DNA of 61,894 nucleotides, filler included, from Dugesia japonica (taxonomy: Eukaryota): NCBI GenBank assembly GCA_001938525.1. It is 4 parts of 4 records of this genome, joined end to end, with 100 filler letters (N's around TTAATTAATTAA, not from the genome) between each part and the next. Parts side by side here need not be neighbours in the genome. Positions count along the whole stretch, not along the records: positions 1 to 24,069 come from MQRL01607232.1; positions 24,170 to 42,040 come from MQRL01578089.1; 2 more parts are not named here. One strand, 5' to 3'. Below, one piece after another: positions 13,801-26,959 of the stretch. A program made the position numbers and the translations under genes. The notes beneath the pieces are model-generated. The model was not told where the DNA came from. It saw only the letters and a list, made by a program, of their open reading frames with translations, and searched no databases. Each line of letters opens with the position of its first letter. Positions within the stretch are counted from its first letter, which is position 1.

Positions 13801-14543
13801 GAATGTCTGAGATTTTTTAATTTTTATATTTAATATTAAGATTGGTTNNNNNNNNNNNNNNNNNNNNNNNNNNNNNNNNNNNNNNNNNNNNNNNNNNNNN
13901 NNNNNNNNNNNNNNNNNNNNNNNNNNNNNNNNNNNNNNNNNNNNNNNNNNNNNNNNNNNNNNNNNNNNNNNNNNNNNNNNNNNNNNNNNNNNNNNNNNNN
14001 NNNNNNNNNNNNNNNNNNNATTTAAAAAACCAATATTTTTGAAAAATATTTCATTAAGATTTCTCAGATTATTTGTTTGAAATTTGTGAATTGGTATTTC
14101 ATATTTTTATTTTTAATCAATAAACAATTTATAGAGACTTGTGAGACTTTAAATTTATCTAATAGTCGTAATAAATGTTTTTATTTAAATAAAGGAGATC
14201 AATTTATTTCTAATTATGAATTTAAAAAGACTTTGTATTTATTATTCTTTTTAATAGAGAAAGTTATTTTGATTCAGGTGTGTTTATAAGAAGTCATAAA
14301 GACAGTAAAACTTTAAGTCAAATTAGAACAGCAGCAAATAAAGCCTTAAAATATCCAAATATATTACGAAAATACGAAGATTAAAAAAATTTTGTATATT
14401 TGAATTATAACAAACTATATAAAGATAAAGAAGATAATTTATCATTCCTTAATACACCTAGAACTCACCCAAATTTATTATATATAAAAAAGAATGGAAA
14501 TCGAATTATTCTTAATCAAAATAATCAGTAAAATAAACAAACT

Positions 14544-15592
14544 ATGACTATAAATATAAATTTGGAATTTAGTAAACTAGTTATAGGAGATAAAAATACG
14601 AGTGGATTTATTTATGAGTGTTTATGTTATGAAACTAGTGGTAGTGAAACAAATAATAATGATAAATTTCAACAATTCTTTTTCAGTTATAGTTCAAAAA
14701 CAAGAGTAACGCGTGATGTTAAAAATGGTGAAACAAAATACGAAAGCAGTTCTAAGACTGTGCCAGAAACAATTATAAAATCAAAGTTTTATTAAAATAT
14801 AAAATATTATAATTAAAAATGGAAAAAGAATATGATCCTATTTATTCTGATATAATTGAAGTAGATAATATAGATAAAGATTTAGATCAACCAGTTAGAA
14901 CTGTATCTTTAGCCGATTATAAGAATAAACTAAGAACTTTAAGAATTAAAGATTTTGAAAATGATTTAACATTCTTAACTGATAAAATAAACCATTATAA
15001 TAAATTAAATAGAAGATGGAAAATATTTGATACAGATGTAAGATTTACTGATATTTTACTAGCACAAAATTATTATTACTATTATTATTATTATTATTAT
15101 TTTTATTATAAATATTATGATTATTATTTTTTTTATATATGTTGTAATTAAAATAATATGTATAATTCAAATTTAATAACATTTAGAATCGAAGAATGTT
15201 TATGAGCGTGGTGAATATTTTGTTAGTTTATATCATTTTTATAATTTGATAAATATCTATCTAGAATATACTAGAAGATATTGAGATGATTAATAAAAAA
15301 ATTTATGAAATTGAAAAAAACAAGTTAATTTTTATAACAAAATAATAATGGAAAATATATTTTTAGTACTAACCCAATTACCAAATTGAACAATTTAATA
15401 AAATATTCAGTTGTACTACGTAAAACTAGACAGTTTGGAAGCTTTTCTGATAGATTAAAACAACAAATGTTAAATAGAATCAAGTCATCATTTGAAAGAA
15501 TTTTGGAAGGTTCGTTAAATGCTGTGTTAACAAATCAATCAAAGATTTCAGAGAAATTGAATTCTATCTTTATATATATATATGTATGTTAA
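14544..15592 (+). CDS. Three tightly packed small orphan ORFs (14544-14795, 14819-15151, 15386-15592), probable Maverick accessory genes
   Basis: Same strand, intronless, 23-nt gap and TAAAAATG start at 14819, downstream of copy A across a gap. Confidence 0.4.
15069..15130. repeat. (TAT)n microsatellite
   Basis: Visible run producing poly-Tyr in ORF 14819. Confidence 0.9.
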
Positions 15593-15911
15593 TTATTTTC
15601 TGAACTCTAATAAAATAATTTTAATCTTTAAATTAAATTGTAATTTTAAAATGATATGAAATTACTTTCAATTATGATAATATTTAATATAACGTGTTCT
15701 GACATGAAATCTTTATATTTTGCAGTTCTATTCTTATTATTTATTACAAATTCAACTTATTTTAAGACTGCTAGGACACTATAAATGAAGATCATATTAT
15801 CATTATTTTTTATATTAAGAATAGCAGTTTTAAAAGGTTTGCAAGTATTGGTATATAACTGACAACCTGTTTAAATCACTAACTATAGTTATCTTAAAAT
15901 TTATCTCCTAT

Positions 15912-15932
15912 ACTTGGTAGATAGTAGCGCAC
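15912..15932 (+). repeat. 21-nt terminus motif (ACTTGGTAGATAGTAGCGCAC)
   Basis: Two mismatches to the 5656 copy; downstream sequence resembles that after 30704. Confidence 0.6.
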
Positions 15933-16269
15933 TAATAGGTATATAGGGCAGCACGGACAAAATACGCACCAGGATTTTTTTATGGTCAACTGTACCCCAT
16001 TTTAAGCATTTTGATTGGTCGCACATGTTTCCAGCGTTTTGATGTGATGAATTTTGTGTGAATTGATTACGTAACGCTTCCACGGTTATGTAATAATGAC
16101 ATCATATTTTCGTAATGTTCACATCATGACTGCGTAACGATTACTTAATATATTTTTACGATTCCTTGTTTAAATTAGGTCAAATTTTTTATTATTGGTT
16201 TAAATGTGATGGAATTATTTATTTATTTTTGTTTTAATTAAATTACTTTAATGGTACAGAGCTGTCTTT

Positions 16270-16675
16270 ACATTAATGCTTGGATTATGAAATCTAATCA
16301 TTAACGCCTCATACAACATCATTTCCAGCAATTCTTAAACTGCTTAGATAAAATTTTAAAATTTGAAATTTCAATGGCTGCATAGCAATTACTTTTATTT
16401 TTATTTTTATGCTCAGCAATATTACTACCACCAATAAAACAATTATGCTCTTGAAACCTTGTACAGAGATGACGGGCAGTCTCTTCAATGTATTTGGCAT
16501 AAAACCAATTACATTTTAATTGATAAACAAGGTTAGAACACAAACCAATTGGTGTATAGGATTTATTAACAAAGCTATTAACAATATTATGTGAGGTAGA
16601 GACAATGTTTAATAAAGGAATATCGTGAGCAGCTTTCAGAATCGAATTCTTAAACTTTTTAAGTTGTATTTTCAA
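16270..16675 (-). mobile_element. Penelope-like element GIY-YIG endonuclease remnant
   Basis: NLVYQLKC...KYIEETARHLCTRFQEH...SNIAEH...NFKIL, then EALMIRFHNPSIN in a shifted frame. Confidence 0.85.
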
Positions 16676-17195
16676 TGACGATTGACGACAAAGTGATCAT
16701 TTTCCATGTTGAAATGTTTATTTTTAATAATGAATCATATATTCTACATGATGACTTAGAAATTTAATGTGTTGTTTTAGAATTTTGTGTTATGAAATGT
16801 AATTTTAAAGCGTTGACTGAGAAATTTCAATGTGATGAACTATATTTTTAGCGTGGTGGTTTATAAGTTTAATTTGTTGGTTTAAATTTTTATTTGCTGA
16901 CTTAGAGATTTTATTATCTTCTAATCTTTAATTGTTATTGAATATTTCTGAGTAATTTATAAAACTTTTTAATAGAAATATACAATGTTTGAAATGTTTT
17001 ATTGACTTATGTATTTTTAAATAATTTTAATGATTTCTTTATAACAAAATCCAACTAATAATTAAACATTTTAAGATTTTTCCATTTAATTTAAAAAAAA
17101 AATTTATAATTTTAAATGAATCAATAAAATTTTGAAAAATACAAATAAGTTTGTAACCAAGATCCATTATCGTTTAAATCTATCAAAAAGTCATC

Positions 17196-17233
17196 ATATT
17201 CCTGAAGTTGAAAATTGTCGAAAATTTGAATAT
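17196..17233 (+). ncRNA. Degenerate minimal hammerhead-like motif
   Basis: atattc-CTGAAGT-tgaaaattgtc-GAAA-attt-gaatat: 6-bp stem I, one core substitution, weak stem II. Confidence 0.45.
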
Positions 17234-17544
17234 CTATTGTTAGATGAGTTTTGAGTACTTGTCGGATCATCAACATCAAAATTCAACTCCATGTTAAAAT
17301 TTATTTAAACAAAAACTAATAACAACATTATTTGTTTATTCAAACAAATTAAAACCTCATGCTCTAATTGAAAACTATTTTTAATAGATTTAAAATTTCA
17401 GATTCATTTAAAAATAATTTGAAGATTCTTTTAAAAATTATTTTCAATAAAACTTGTAAAATTATAGTTTTCATTCAAACACTTTAAAGATTTTTAATAA
17501 AAATATATGCTAAAAAATTTTACAAAAAGAAAAGTTGAGAAAAA

Positions 17545-18787
17545 CAGGTTTATTATAAGAAATGGATAAAAATTGTTCATTCAAAATATTGACCATCGCT
17601 GGACACTAATTTCTCATCTTTCCGGTAAAAAGTGGATTCCGCGTCGAAATGAAAGAAGCATTTTTTATGCTATCCAGGAATCCACCAATTTTTTGTTATC
17701 CTCATAAGAATGAAAACACTAATCAGGCGGGACATGGGTCATCGATCGGAAGATGTGAAAATCCGAAGGAGCAATATTTGGGAAATATGTCAGGTGCGGT
17801 AGTATTTCCCAGTTCAGGTTTTCTGAAGTATCCTTTAAAACTTTTCTCGTATGTAGGTGAGCGTTGTCATACGGTAAAATCACGTTGTCGGGTCTTCCTT
17901 TATAATTTGGTCTTTTTACCTATAAATCTTGACTCCGTTGTTCTATTTGGTGATTATAGACTTCTGAGGTGATCGTTTTGTTGGGTTTGAGCAGTTCGTA
18001 ATACACGACCCCAAGCTGATCCCACCATATACACAACATTAGTTTGGAATCATGGATATTTGGTTTGGCAATCGACTTTAATGGTTCTCCCTTTCTGCAC
18101 CATGATTTTCTGCGTTTTGGGTTGTCAAATCGTACCCATTTCTCGTCACCTGTAAGAATATTATGTAAAATTCTTTTCCTTTGATGCCTTTGAATCAGCA
18201 ATTTACATATTAATTTACACTTTTCCACGTCTCTGGACTTCAATTCATATGGTAGCCAATTTCCTTGTTTTCGTATCATTATAATTTACTTTAGGCGTCT
18301 GAAAATTGTGGTTCGACTGACATCTAATGATTTCGCAAGTTCTTTCTGCGTTGCAGTTGGGTCTTGATCGACTAAAGCCTCTAAATCCATATCATTCCGT
18401 TTCTTAGATTGTCCCGTGAGTATTTTATCCTCAGTAGCAAAATCACCACTTCTAAAGCACCGTTACCAGTATTTGCATGTTGAAATTGATGGTCTATATT
18501 CCTTATAGACTTTTGGCAGCATTTGGTGACATTCCAGGGCGCTTTTTTTCATTTGAAAGCCAAAAAGCAAAGCTTCCCACAAATGGCGTTTTCTTGGGAC
18601 AAATTTTGACATTTTGTTTGCTAAAAATAAAAATATCTTATGAGTATTTTTAAATGAAAATTATTGATTATAGTATAATTTTGTAATTGGAAATCACGAT
18701 GGACACGCAAAAAATTTGTCACATGTCATATACTGCGTATTACATAATCAACTGCATGACCTTTAAAATTAATGCACACACTTAATA
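17545..18787 (-). mobile_element. Mariner (DD34D, Mos1/mauritiana-like); transposase pseudogene 17577-18612
   Basis: MSKFVPRK start, WLPYEL, TGDEKW, YDNA, YFPNIAPSDF, SDGQYFE*. One TIR-like end near 18760-18787. Confidence 0.93.
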
Positions 18788-20919
18788 CTTGTTGTATATA
18801 TATTTATATTATTATTGGTTGTAGAACGGACATAAACATACCTGAAACAAATGGAGGTTCATTTAAAGAAAGAAAAAATTAAATAAGAAGACGCGTATTA
18901 AAAATCTTAATTATTGCAATAGATATGCAACACGATAACAACACAGTGAAACGTGCTTGAGAATTTTAGACTGCCCATAAAATATACAAAAAATATCAAA
19001 AATGCCCAAACATACACCTTTTTTCCTCAAAACATCATTTTTCAAGAAAAGCATTACATTACCCTCACATCACAAAAATATTTGATTTAAATTTTATAAT
19101 CATCACTAATTAATTATCCACAACATATTAGACAATCCACCATCAGAGAACATCAAAATTTTATATGACTAAGCTAGCTTTATGAAATCTGTTCATAAGA
19201 AAAACATGAAGAAATATCAAGCTCTCAGATCCTCAGCACAAATTTGCCTACCAAAATGGGTAATCAGGATAAATGACTTCATTGTCAGCTGCTTCGGCAG
19301 CTGGAGATCAGAAAACCACAACCTGCTTAAATCTATTCAACTATTCGACAGTTAAATTAAAAGTCTCAAATGTCAATGAATCTGGCCGAATAACACCACC
19401 TAGCAAAAACACAATCTCTCTAAAGCTGCCAGTAATCTAACAAGTTACTCATAAATCCTTGAAGCTAATGAAATCCTCCTCAAAAAAAGTAGAACACCTT
19501 GCACAATATCCTAACAAAAATGAATTGAATTCAGAGTCTGAGGTTAAAGATATATTTCAAATCGCTGGAAAGAACTATAATGTGATAAAAAAAAAGACGA
19601 TAATGTGATCATTAATTGTGTATTATTCTTTTTCTAGCATTGTCATTTCTCTTCTCCTTCTATCAGTCCAACGGCGCTGTAGCCACCGGACGGATAACTG
19701 ATGCTTCGGTATCATGTATCACATTTAATTATGACAAAAATATAATTTTGCTAAAAGAAAACTAAATAAATCTCAATAAATCAGTTAAATTTAAATATTA
19801 TTTATATAAATTTATAAATCATTACTTATTAATCCTAAAATTTATAATTATAAATTTAATTTAACAAATTAAATAATGGTCTTAACAATTAAATCAAAAT
19901 TACAATTATGAAATGTATTATTAAATATACTTATGAAAAATGATAATGAAATGAATGTAAAAACAGGTTAGTTATTTTCAATATTTTAAATGTAATTATT
20001 TATGAAATAATAATTAATTTTAACTTCATTGTAATAACTTTGACTTAATTTTTTACTTAGTTGTAATAACTTTCATGTAACTGTGAGTTTTAAAAATAGT
20101 CGCTGAATTAAGTAACAAAATAGTTATGGCTCATAATATCATCATAAACTTCTTGATTTGTCTTAAAATCCATCAACAAATCAATATTTATAATATTTTC
20201 ATTGGTCCTAACGTTTTAATTGTTCTATAAATATCAAATTAAATTAATTAAAAATCAAAATTTCTTTATTGTTTTTTATCTTCATTTATATTCATATTGG
20301 TATTCTAAACGAAATTTTAAAATATTTAAAGCATTTTAAAAATGAAACTTACTTTCTTTGTTTTAATGAAACGCTTAATGCACTTTGTATATAAGCAAAA
20401 TTTTAATTAATTATTTAAACTGATATGTTTAAACAAATAAATATTCTTACTATTCTTAATATTAATATTTAAATTATTTATTTAAATTTCTGACAGTAGC
20501 TGAAGTCAACTAGTGTTTCACCAACATAATGTAGTTGGTTCAAACACATAATTCCCTTGATAAGTTGGACTGCTATTAAGTCTTCGTCAATTTTGATTGT
20601 TCTTTTAAATTGTATGTGGCTAACCTAAATGATCTTAAGAGTCACTTTGGAAATGCATCATAACTCTGCGTGCCGCATATAAAATTATAACCAAATACTA
20701 GATGTAGACCCACTATAGACATTTTTTGGTGTGGAAAATTGTATCCTAATAAGTTATTATTATTATGTTTACTTCCATTCGTACATGTAAACATAGATAA
20801 TATAATAATAATATATGTTAAAAATACATAACACTAAAAATGAAATATAAAAAATATATTAATATAAATGAAATTTAAAAAGTGAAATTATTAAAAAAAT
20901 ATTTATTTTACTAGTATGA

Positions 20920-21160
20920 TATTTGTTTCTTCACTCTTTCACTTAGCTTTTGCAAATCTATCTCAATTTGGGTATTTATACATCGTAATTGGTGTTGCAG
21001 GTTATCGCCTGTTAGGTTTTAGCATGTTTTGTGTTTTACTACTTTGGTCATTATAAAATAAATATTTTGTAAAAGTGTGATAAACCTTGTGGGCCTGAAA
21101 AATATTCAAGGTGGGCCGCGTGAGGCCAGCAGGTTGGGTGTTGGCCATTCTTGTTCTAAA
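20920..21160 (-). mobile_element. hAT remnant (C-terminal dimerisation region and terminal sequence)
   Basis: LTGDNLQHQLRCINTQIEIDLQKL on the minus strand, beside a ggccgcg...ttggcca..cttgttcta hAT-like end. Confidence 0.5.
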
Positions 21161-21445
21161 TGATACTTTTGAGGTATATGTCGTCATTTATTTGTCAGAT
21201 TTAAATAATCTCAAAATTATTCTCTTTTTTAAATTTTCAACAAAATTTACATACAAGCTATTATTCAATAACTACATTTTTAATTTTGTTAATATTATTT
21301 GAAAATAAAAAACAAAATATTTTTGATAAAAACCTTTATTATAAAAGAACATAAAGAGAAACAATATTTCATTAATCATATTTCTGTACAATTGATTATA
21401 TAGTCCAGTAATCATATTTCTTATTGTATTTTCATAAAGGTTTTG

Positions 21446-22499
21446 GGGTCATCATTTTTTTTGACCAAGTTGTTCAAATTAAAAACATGATATAATGTAT
21501 TGATCAGATTAAAAATATGATAAAATTTTAAATTAAACAAAATATTGCTTGAGAACTTTTCATTTGAATATTTTGTCTCCACATCCATTTGTTTAGGTAG
21601 GACTCTAGAACCGTACCATAGATTCTTTTCATTCCGACAATTTTAATTTTCAGTTTTCCACAAATCGACTTTATTCTTTGTGTATTGGCACCACGATTTT
21701 TGTCAATAAATAGTAATTTGTGGTTGACTGTTAGATGAATGTAATTTTTATCATTCGATAATTTAGTATAAGCTTACCATTCATCACTCATTATGATAGA
21801 ACCCTTCTGAACAGTGGGCCTTATAATGGGGAATAATGTGGCAGCTGTTCTTTTCTCTACTAATTTCAAAAAAATATTTGCATTAGTCGAATCACCAACA
21901 ACTCCAAAAACCCATAACTAATTTTCAGGAACACGACCTCTGTGATAAGAAAAAAAATTACCAAAATAAAGAATCGTCTATTTGGACAATTCGTTATTNN
22001 NNNNNNNNNNNNNNNNNNNNNNNNNNNNNNNNNNNNNNNNNNNNNNNNNNNNNNNNNNNNNNNNNNNNNNNNNNNNNNNNNNNNNNNNNNNNNNNNNNNN
22101 NNNNNNNTGACTTTCGTGATCTACCCATGGCCCATAAATGTATCAAATGAATATATGAATTAAGAGAAATCTTAAATTTTTGGAACAATGATTTTCTTCT
22201 AATTGAAAAGTATTTCCTATAATTTGAAACAGTGTCATTGTTTCTCTTTGTATTGGATTCTTTAAATAAATTTCCACAAGAATCACACTTGTCTGATAGT
22301 AATAAGAGAGCATTTTCTCCGATAAAAAACTATATTACCAAATAAAATAACTATTTGAACAAATTTTATTTAGTTTTTTTATTTGTTAAAATAGTATTTT
22401 TATTTGTTAAAATAATTTTTGTTCAAATTAAAAACATGATGTAAGCAGATGTTCAAATTAAATAGATGACCCTAAAATTGTTCAAAAAAAAGATGATCC
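21446..22499 (-). mobile_element. Merlin (IS1595/ISXO2-like) DNA transposon, decayed
   Basis: YHRGR..WVFG..VEKRTAATL.PII..GSIIMSDEW.AY..HLTVNH..NTQRI. Imperfect TIRs GG(G/A)TCATC. 8-bp TSD AGGTTTTG at 21438-21445 and 22500-22507. Confidence 0.9.
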
Positions 22500-22650
22500 A
22501 GGTTTTGCTCTCGGCTCTTATTTCTGTAATTACATCTATACAGTTATTAAACTCTAATGGAACACTATTTTATTGTTATTTTTATTTCTGAAACTATTAA
22601 TTTATTGTTTTAAAAAAAAATAATCGAATTAAAACAATTAATTAATTTAG

Positions 22651-23028
22651 AATGCAACTCTAAATCAATCACTCTCAACATTTGAGATTCCTATTTACGG
22701 AAATAAGAATGGAAATAACGCCCAATTCATCAATTTATCAATATGTGATAAAAATGGTATGAAAGCCAAAATATTATTATTTTAATTATTTTATTCATCA
22801 GATTTTTCAAAAAATAAAACTCCTCTAGTAACTATGTTTATTTTATATAAAAATATCGATTTTTTCAACGAAACTGAAATTCTCGAGTTCAACATAAACA
22901 ATATACTTTCATATCCAAAGAAAGATACTGTTTACTTATTTAAAAATTCCGATATATTTTATTTGGGTTTAAATCAAGAAAGAAATGTTACCGTGAAATT
23001 CAAATTGGAAAAATATAATACTACTGAA
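22651..23028 (+). CDS. Two host-type exons (22651-22756, 22802-23028), GAIN-B-like extracellular region
   Basis: A 45-nt GT-AG phase-1 intron joins open frames. N-glycosylation sequons; FILYKN..FF and VTVKFKL resemble adhesion-GPCR GAIN strands. Confidence 0.5.
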
Positions 23029-24069
23029 GTAATAAAATTTTCTTTAAAATATTAATAAAATATGGTAATAATATTAATATGAACAATATAAATACAATTA
23101 GCAGTATTGTAATAGGTAGATAATGTTCCTGTTGTTACGTGTATTCAATTGTGAAAATTATTTTTTATTAGTTGAAATTTTAGGATAATTTCTTCTTATT
23201 TTTTCTTCCAGAGAAAAAGTTTTTAATGATGAAAATGTTCAATAAAAATCTTAAAAAGACAGAACTTTAAGCTGTACATTTTAGTATTATTGATAATTTA
23301 GCGAGTGGAGTTTATTGAATGACACTGACTAAAATTCAGTTTAAAACCTCTTAATTCCTGCGCAGACCATCATTTTATGAAATTAATATGGAAAATGAAA
23401 TTAGTGTGAAAACATGTTATAATTTATTGATTTTATTGTAAATTTTAAGTTAATTTAATGATTTCTTTTTTTTAATAGTGATTATTTTTATATATTTAAG
23501 CTTTTAAAATTAAATTTTATTAGTTAAATTTTATTTAATTAGTTTAATAATCCGTTAGATATTCTATTTTGATAATTTTATTTGTAGTTTATTTAATATT
23601 TTTATTAAGGTTAATTAGTTCAATGAGTTCGATTTAATGGTAATAAATTTATTTCTTATTTAGTAATCGTGTGAAGAAACCACTCAAATCCGGTAATAAT
23701 CACACAAAGATTTTAATCAAACTTCATTCCATTTGTATATAATGTGATTAAGTATTTTTAATATGATTAGATTTTTAAAACTATTTTTGTATAATATTAT
23801 TATTGTCCGGGTAAACAGCTAATATAAACTTTGAACCCTGGGAAAATCACTTAAAAATTGAATAGTTTGGTTTATTTAAACAATATGGGCTATTCCGTCG
23901 ATTTGCTGTGAAAAATCCAAAATAATCATGAATTATGTATTTGTTCTTCGCATAATTTCCTAACATTAGTGTAGAAATAGATGTTGTTTAGTCGCATTAA
24001 CTGTAATCGGCAGTTTTTTAAAATATATTTGGTTTTGTGTAGCTACTTCTTTTTAGTTATAAAACAACA

Positions 24070-24169
24070 NNNNNNNNNNNNNNNNNNNNNNNNNNNNNNN
24101 NNNNNNNNNNNNNTTAATTAATTAANNNNNNNNNNNNNNNNNNNNNNNNNNNNNNNNNNNNNNNNNNNN
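24070..24169. other. Artificial contig-join linker
   Basis: 44 N + TTAATTAATTAA + 44 N. Confidence 0.95.
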
Positions 24170-24345
24170 TGTATTTCTTCTATTGTTTTATGTATTTATT
24201 CTATTGTTTCATGTATTTCTTCTATTGTTTTATGTATTTCTTCTATTGTTTTATGTATTTCTTCTATTGTTTCATGTATTTCTTCTATTGTTTCATGTAT
24301 TTCTTCTATTGTTTCATGTATTTCTTCTATTGTTTTATGTATTTT
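24170..24345. repeat. 21-bp minisatellite, about 8 copies
   Basis: Unit tgtatttcttctattgttt(t/c)a. Confidence 0.95.
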
Positions 24346-24904
24346 GTCATCCAAAATTTTTATTTTCTTGATTAAATCTAAAAATTTGAGACATAATTTA
24401 TTTTACTACTACAACTCTGCTATTTGGAAATAATTATCATAGAAAAGAACTGATTGAAACTTTTTACCGAATTAACTCACTTTCTATTGGCGAAAAATAT
24501 TAAAAAATAATTATTTCCTTATATTTTCATTCTGGAAAATTTACTTAATATGTTAAAAACAATTATTTAATAATAATAAATAATCGTCAGACATATTTTC
24601 ATTAATATGACTAAAGAAAAATTAATTTTAAAAACATTAATTATAATTTTATAATTTTAAAGAGACATTAATTATAGGTTAATTAATTATAAACTGATGA
24701 ATTTAAGATGATAAATTTTAAATCCTATGAATTTTAAGCTGTTAAAATTTGATTCAAATTAATTTTAAGCAGCTCTATTTTATTTAATATAAAAGCTTAG
24801 ATCAAAATTTTGGTTTTATTTATTGATATTGGATAACAATTCGATATTTCGANNNNNNNNNNNNNNNNNNNNNNNNNNNNNNNNNNNNNNNNNNNNNNNN
24901 NNNN

Positions 24905-25109
24905 TATTCAAGATTTATGTTTATAATAGTAATAATTTTTGAAATAATTTATTTTTATTAAATTTTAATTGGTTTATTATTTTAAATATAATAAAAATAA
25001 TTAAAATAAATAATTAAATATAAAATAAGAATAAAAATTAACCAATTAAAATTTAATAAAAATAAATAATTTCAAAAATTATTACTATTATAAACCTAAA
25101 TCTTGAATA
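24905..25109. repeat. Long AT-rich foldback palindrome
   Basis: tattcaagattta...aattggtt is inverted as aaccaatt...taaatcttgaata. Confidence 0.85.
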
Positions 25110-26959
25110 AATTAAAAAGTCAATTCCTGACGAATCAATGAGTTGCGAAGAATTTATAAAAAACGAAAAATATGATAACGAATTTTGTGAAAATCTGTTT
25201 CTTGAAGAAGCAATGGAAAACTTATACATGTTAATTTAGAAAGAGGAAATAAAATAATGAATTTGGATGAAATTATCGAATGCAGAATGTTGAATGCAAC
25301 AGAAAATGAAATCAAAATGGGAAGTAAAAATAAAGAATTAATAACAACGAAATGGAATTATGCATTGAATAAAGAGACCGGAATAGTTTCCGAGTTATCT
25401 GATAGTAGAGAAATGAAAGTGAAACTTTTAAGTAAGCTGAACGAATCAATCAAAAATATTATGATCGATAAAGATAAAAGTGTTGTTTAATTTTAAGGAA
25501 GTAAAATTAAAACAATGAGCGTAAAAGAAGGGTTGGAACAAAAATATACACTGTTAATGTCATTAGTTCAATTTTTATGCGATGTTAAACATTTTTTTTG
25601 CAATATAAAATATGAATTTAAAATGTTGTTTTGTTTTAATTTTTTTTATTGCTCTTGATCAACAAGTTAAAGTAATTCAGTTAAAATAAAGTTAATTAAT
25701 GACTTTAACTTATTATTTAAAAATAAAAATCTAAATTCAGTTAAATTAAATTATATAAACTAATTTATTGATTTTAATTCGGTTGATTTTGTTTTAATTT
25801 AGGTTAAATGTGAATTATCAGAAAATTTTAATAAATAATCACGTTTTTGAAACAACTTTATTTTATTGTTTAATTAAATGAATTCATTTAATTTAATAAT
25901 TTAATTTCAATTAAGTTTGAATACTTTTGTTTAAATTACATTCTTTGGTTCCAAATTTTTAGAAAATTCTCATTAATAGTTCATTTTATTTAACATTTCA
26001 TTAAATTTGTTTAAATAATTAATTTTACTGCGGTTAATGTTAATAATTATTGTTTTATTAAAATAACGTCATTTCATTTTTCTTTCTCGTCTATTTGAAT
26101 GAAACAATGAGTTTTGCCGACGAATTAATTCACTTTCAACCGGACACTAACGAAAATAATTTAAATAACGAATTAAACTAAAAATGTAGTATCACTGAAT
26201 TCATTAAAAGGATTTTACTTAAATGAGAAATTTGTTTTTACGGGAATTAAGAAGTATTAACACTCTGGTCCGCTGAACCAAACCTGGGGGGCGGTTAATC
26301 CACTCCCACGGCAAAGAGTCACCGGAACCAAACCGAGATCGTGTAGGGGACGCGCGTCGCTAAAATGCTTGTGGTTTTCCCGAGTGTGCTCCTACTATCA
26401 CAGAAAAAACATCATTTAAACTCGTGAAAACCCAACAAATTTGTTAAACTACTCTAAAATTGATAAGGCAGTTCAATAATCTATCATATTATTGCAGATT
26501 TAATAGAATAGTATAAGTTTGATCTAAAGAAATAATGATTTAACTAGATAAATAATGGTTTTAACATGTAAAAATAGGTTTGTTTTTGTATAATATTGGT
26601 CTTATCATTGAAAATATGACTATTAAACCACATAAATTCAATAAAGCAATTGTTTTAGGTATGCTTCACTACATTCTTATTTATTCATATCTTATCAGTT
26701 AGAACAATACATTGACAAGCAAGTAATACCTATTCAATAATTTCTTCTTCAAATTATCTTTCACTAATTTCTATAGTATGTTTCTTTGCTTTAAATTAGA
26801 GAAAAGATACGTAAGAACAAGACTAGGAAAGAAGCAAGTAGGACAGGATAATGGCGAGAGACCTAGTGAGCGAGGATAAGAAAAAGCGAGATAGTAATAT
26901 ATTATTTACTAGTAGTGAATAAAAGTTTTCTGAAATGTACACGAAGTCATAAATTTCCA

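Larger units (their letters stand above)
10482..13848 (+). mobile_element. Polinton/Maverick (adintovirus-like) fragment, copy A
   Basis: Collinear with 40804-42040 and continues into minor capsid, cysteine protease and a fibre-like ORF. Confidence 0.9.

Noticed and set aside
24183-24375. Hydrophobic ORFs
   Set aside because: Translations of a 21-bp minisatellite.
25135-25620. Possible LINE RT remnant including ORF 25257-25490
   Set aside because: Only a faint VKEGLEQ resemblance to the GxxQG motif; too decayed to call.
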